From IMG/VR virus record IMGVR_UViG_3300026320_000002: a DNA stretch of 52,354 nt; one strand, given 5' to 3'. A model generated the notes under the pieces. It saw nothing but the letters and a program-made list of their open reading frames with translations. It was not told the origin of the DNA and did not search any database. Positions 49,540-52,354 of this stretch are shown one piece after another. This DNA is from a virus. Position 1 is the first letter of the stretch; each line of letters opens with the position of its first letter. Position numbers and translations under genes: made by a program.

Positions 49540-50334
49540 ATGTACCGCATCCTTCACAGTCTCTACGGCCGGGTCTTCGGCGCCGCGGCCGATGGGCGCA
49601 CCGTCCACCCCGCCGGCGTCCTCGTGGGCGAATACGGGCGCCAGTGGACCGATCCCACCCCGCAGCGCGTGGTCACCCTCGATGACTTCGACGGGGCCGC
49701 GATCCTCGGCACCTGGGGCGTGTTCAAGGGCTCGGATGGGGCAACGGCCAACTTCGCCGCCTTCGCCGCCTTGAGCGGCGTGGTGCGCGCCACGAGCGGA
49801 GCGGGAGCGGGCGGCACCATGGCGGTCAATGGCGTGCAGCTCAACGGGCACCTCAATTTCCAGGCCAACATGGGCGAGCTGGAGTTCGCCATGCGCTTCA
49901 AGCTGAGCGCGATCACCAACATCGCGGTGTTCGTAGGTCTCACCAACCAGGTGGCCGCGCTCCAGGATCCGATCAACGGCGCCGGCGGTGGCGACACGTT
50001 CACCGCGAACGCCGCCGATGCGGTCGGCGCGGTATTCGATACGACCATGACCACCAAGAACTGGTGGCTCACGGGCGTGAAGGCCTCCGCCCAGGCGAGC
50101 CAGCAGAACACGGGTGTGGCCCCGGTCGCAGCGACCTATGAGGACTGGCAGATCTCGGTCAGTGCCGCGGGCATTGCGACCTTCTTCCGCAACGGATTGC
50201 AGGTCGGCGTGTCCATGCCCAATGCGGTGACGGCGACCGTGCCGCTCACCCCCGTGATCGCGGCGTTCACGCGCACCGCGGCGAGTGCCACGGTGGACCT
50301 CGACTACATTTACGCCTCGGCGACGCGCGTCTAG
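49540..50334 (+). CDS. Jelly-roll / lectin-like hypothetical protein inserted between terS and terL
   Basis: 264 aa with SD aggagatcaccATG. The composition predicts beta strands (DDFDGAAILGTWGV...ELEFAMRFKLSAITNIAVFVGL...). Confidence 0.5.
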   Translation: MYRILHSLYGRVFGAAADGRTVHPAGVLVGEYGRQWTDPTPQRVVTLDDFDGAAILGTWGVFKGSDGATANFAAFAALSGVVRATSGAGAGGTMAVNGVQLNGHLNFQANMGELEFAMRFKLSAITNIAVFVGLTNQVAALQDPINGAGGGDTFTANAADAVGAVFDTTMTTKNWWLTGVKASAQASQQNTGVAPVAATYEDWQISVSAAGIATFFRNGLQVGVSMPNAVTATVPLTPVIAAFTRTAASATVDLDYIYASATRV

Positions 50335-50344
50335 CGAAACGCCC

Positions 50345-51916
50345 GTGGCCGCGAGCCTCGAGGAGATCACCCGCGCCCTGGGCGGCTTGTCCAAAGACAA
50401 GCGCGCCCAGGTCACCGCGGATGCCCTCAAGGTGACTCAAGGCATGCGCTGGGTCCCCAACCCCGGCCCCCAGGAGCAGGCCTATTACTGCGAGGCCGAC
50501 GAGCTGTTCTTCGGGGGCTCCGCAGGCGGCGGGAAGAGCCAGCTGGTGGTGGGGCTGGCCGCCAACTGCCACCAGCGATCGCTCATCCTGCGCGAGTTCA
50601 ACGAGGATGCCGCCTATCTCTACGATTGCCTGCTCGAGATCATGGGCAGCCCCGGCGGGTTCAATGGCCAGTACCATCGCTACCGCGGCGGCAAGCAGTT
50701 GATCCAGTTCGCCGGCCTCCCCAACGAGAAGGACAAGCAGCGCTACAAGGGCAACCCCTTCGACCTGTACGCCTTCGATGAGGTGCCTGACTTCTTCGAG
50801 AGCCAGTACCTGTTCATCACCGGCTGGAATCGCTCCACCACGCCTGGCCAGCGCTGCCGGATCGTCGCCACCGGCAACCCACCCACGCGCGCGAAAGGCA
50901 TGTGGGTGATTAAGCACTGGGCGCCCTGGCTCGATCCCACCCACCCGAACCCGGCCGCGGACGGGGAGTTGCGTTGGTATCTGCGCAACGAGCGGGATGA
51001 GGAGGTGGAGGTCGATGGGCCCGGGCCCTTCCTGATCGATGGACGCTCCACGGTGGCGCGGAGCCGGACCTTCATCCGCTCCAAGCTCGAGGACAACCCG
51101 GACCTGGTGCGCACCAACTACGATGCGACGCTGGCGAGCCTGCCCAAGGAGTTGCGCGATGCGTACCGGGACGGACGGTTCGACGCGAGCCTGAAGGACC
51201 ATCCCTTCCAGGTGATCCCGACCGCCTGGATCAAGGCGGCGCAGGAGCGCTGGCTCCCGGACCCTCCGGAGGGTGTACCGATGTGCGCCATGGGGGTGGA
51301 CCCGGTCGGCGGGGGCAAGGACAAGCTCGCCATTGCCACGCGCTACGATGCCTGGTTCGCCCCGATCCTCACCTGGCCTGGGGCGGAGATCAAGCTGGGG
51401 AGCGAGATCGCCGGCAAGATCGTGGTGATCCGCCGCGATAATGCCGACATCGTCCTCGATATGGGCGGCGGGTACGGCGGTGGGTGCTACCAGACGCTGC
51501 GCGAGAATGAGATCCCGGTGATGACCTACAAGGGGGCCGAGGAGTCCCGCAAGCGCACGCTCGACAACAAGCTCGGGTTCTTCAACAAGCGCTCCGAGGT
51601 GTACTGGAAGTTTCGCGAGGCACTCGACCCGGACCAGCAGGGCGGCTCTCCGATGGCCCTTCCCGATGATCCGGAGCTCGTGAGCGATCTGACCGCTCCG
51701 ACCTTCGAGGTGATCGCCCGCGGGATCAAGATCCTCAGCAAGGAGGAGGTCTGCGAGGCGCTGGGCCGCTCCCCCGACAAGGGTGATGCGGTGGTCATGG
51801 CCTGGAGCTCTGGGGCCCGCGCAGCGACCCACAGCACCACCTGGCGGGCCGAGCAGAAGTTGAAGCAGCGGCGCAGGTTCCAGAAAGTGGACTTAGGGCC
51901 TCGGAGGAGATTTTAG
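50345..51916 (+). CDS. terL: Terminase large subunit
   Basis: Walker A FFGGSAGGGKS, Walker B DLYAFDEV, and the nuclease-domain motif GVDPVGGGKDKLAIA. GTG 50345 is the first start after the upstream stop; the ORF-track start is 50285. Confidence 0.9.
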   Translation: MAASLEEITRALGGLSKDKRAQVTADALKVTQGMRWVPNPGPQEQAYYCEADELFFGGSAGGGKSQLVVGLAANCHQRSLILREFNEDAAYLYDCLLEIMGSPGGFNGQYHRYRGGKQLIQFAGLPNEKDKQRYKGNPFDLYAFDEVPDFFESQYLFITGWNRSTTPGQRCRIVATGNPPTRAKGMWVIKHWAPWLDPTHPNPAADGELRWYLRNERDEEVEVDGPGPFLIDGRSTVARSRTFIRSKLEDNPDLVRTNYDATLASLPKELRDAYRDGRFDASLKDHPFQVIPTAWIKAAQERWLPDPPEGVPMCAMGVDPVGGGKDKLAIATRYDAWFAPILTWPGAEIKLGSEIAGKIVVIRRDNADIVLDMGGGYGGGCYQTLRENEIPVMTYKGAEESRKRTLDNKLGFFNKRSEVYWKFREALDPDQQGGSPMALPDDPELVSDLTAPTFEVIARGIKILSKEEVCEALGRSPDKGDAVVMAWSSGARAATHSTTWRAEQKLKQRRRFQKVDLGPRRRF

Positions 51917-51918
51917 CC

Positions 51919-52128
51919 ATGGCAGAAACCACCATCCCCGGCGCAGCACTCGCTGCCCCACCGGCCGCCACCGTGCTCACCCAGGAAGCGCTCATGCGCA
52001 TGAGCCCGGCGCAGCGCAAGAAGTACATGGCGCGCATGAAGGCCTCGATGCCGCCCGTGAACGCGCAGCCCGCGGGGCCTGACATGATGCAGGCGAACAC
52101 GGTGCTCAGCCCGCCAGGCGGGTACTGA
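51919..52128 (+). CDS. Hypothetical small protein
   Basis: 69 aa with an ATG 2 nt after the terL stop. Confidence 0.5.
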   Translation: MAETTIPGAALAAPPAATVLTQEALMRMSPAQRKKYMARMKASMPPVNAQPAGPDMMQANTVLSPPGGY

Positions 52129-52129
52129 G

Positions 52130-52354
52130 GTGGGCGCCACCGCTTCACTCTTCACAGGGCTCGGTCTGGTCGGAGGCGGTGTCGTGGGCGGCGCGGCCAA
52201 CAAGGGCCCGCTGGCCAGCATCTTCCACCCGCGCACTCAGCCGCTCCCGAAGGTCCCACCGATGCCCGACCAGCTGGCCCTTGACCAGGCGGCCCAGCGC
52301 AAGGCGGCCCTCGAGGCGTCCAGGCAGACGGGCCGGGCGAGCACGATCCTCTCC
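52130..52354 (+). CDS. 5' part of the junction-spanning small ORF, with a Gly-rich hydrophobic N-terminus. It continues at 128..163.
   Basis: GTG 52130. VGATASLFTGLGLVGGGVVGGAANKG...QRKAALEASRQTGRASTILS. The window ends exactly on a codon boundary. Confidence 0.55.
   Translation, partial: MGATASLFTGLGLVGGGVVGGAANKGPLASIFHPRTQPLPKVPPMPDQLALDQAAQRKAALEASRQTGRASTILS
52228..52354. repeat. Terminal direct overlap, copy 2. Identical to 1-127.
   Basis: See the feature at 1-127. Confidence 0.95.

Overview
The window is a complete, GC-rich tailed-phage genome. Bases 1-127 are identical to 52228-52354, so it closes into a circle with 52227 bp of unique sequence. I read three transcription blocks. (1) A rightward structural and lysis block (160-27996) follows T7-like podovirus gene order: portal, scaffold, capsid, tubular A and B, internal virion proteins, fibre, lysis. 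It has no phage RNA polymerase and carries several insertions. (2) A leftward early block (42111 down to 27884) holds 40 small genes, 27 of them joined by 4-nt ATGA or GTGA start/stop overlaps. Four copies of one sigma70-like promoter with an embedded palindrome (TGTTGACA-NN-TGTCAACA) split it into four operons. (3) A rightward early/middle block (42209-48375) starts with an apparently leaderless XRE-type HTH gene and contains DUF2303-like, LuxR-type and RusA genes. The packaging genes follow (terS, a jelly-roll-like insert, terL) and run across the circle junction into the portal gene. The items I rate highest are listed here.
- A 1549-aa protein in the T7 gp16 (ejection protein) slot has ART-like, zeta-toxin-like kinase and ParB-like modules.
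- The repeated promoter/operator set faces the leaderless HTH gene and looks like a genome-wide switch.
- One ORF fuses a C5-methyltransferase motif-I stub in frame to a PAPS-reductase-like PP-loop protein.
- A 550-bp ORF-free island has a minus-strand intrinsic terminator, a perfect DnaA box and an AT-rich tract.
- A DUF6527-like gene has its conserved CxxC N-terminus upstream of any canonical start codon.
I found no tRNA, CRISPR array, integrase, transposase, reverse transcriptase, DNA polymerase, primase or helicase. All family names come from reading the translations and recalling motifs. No database search was run.
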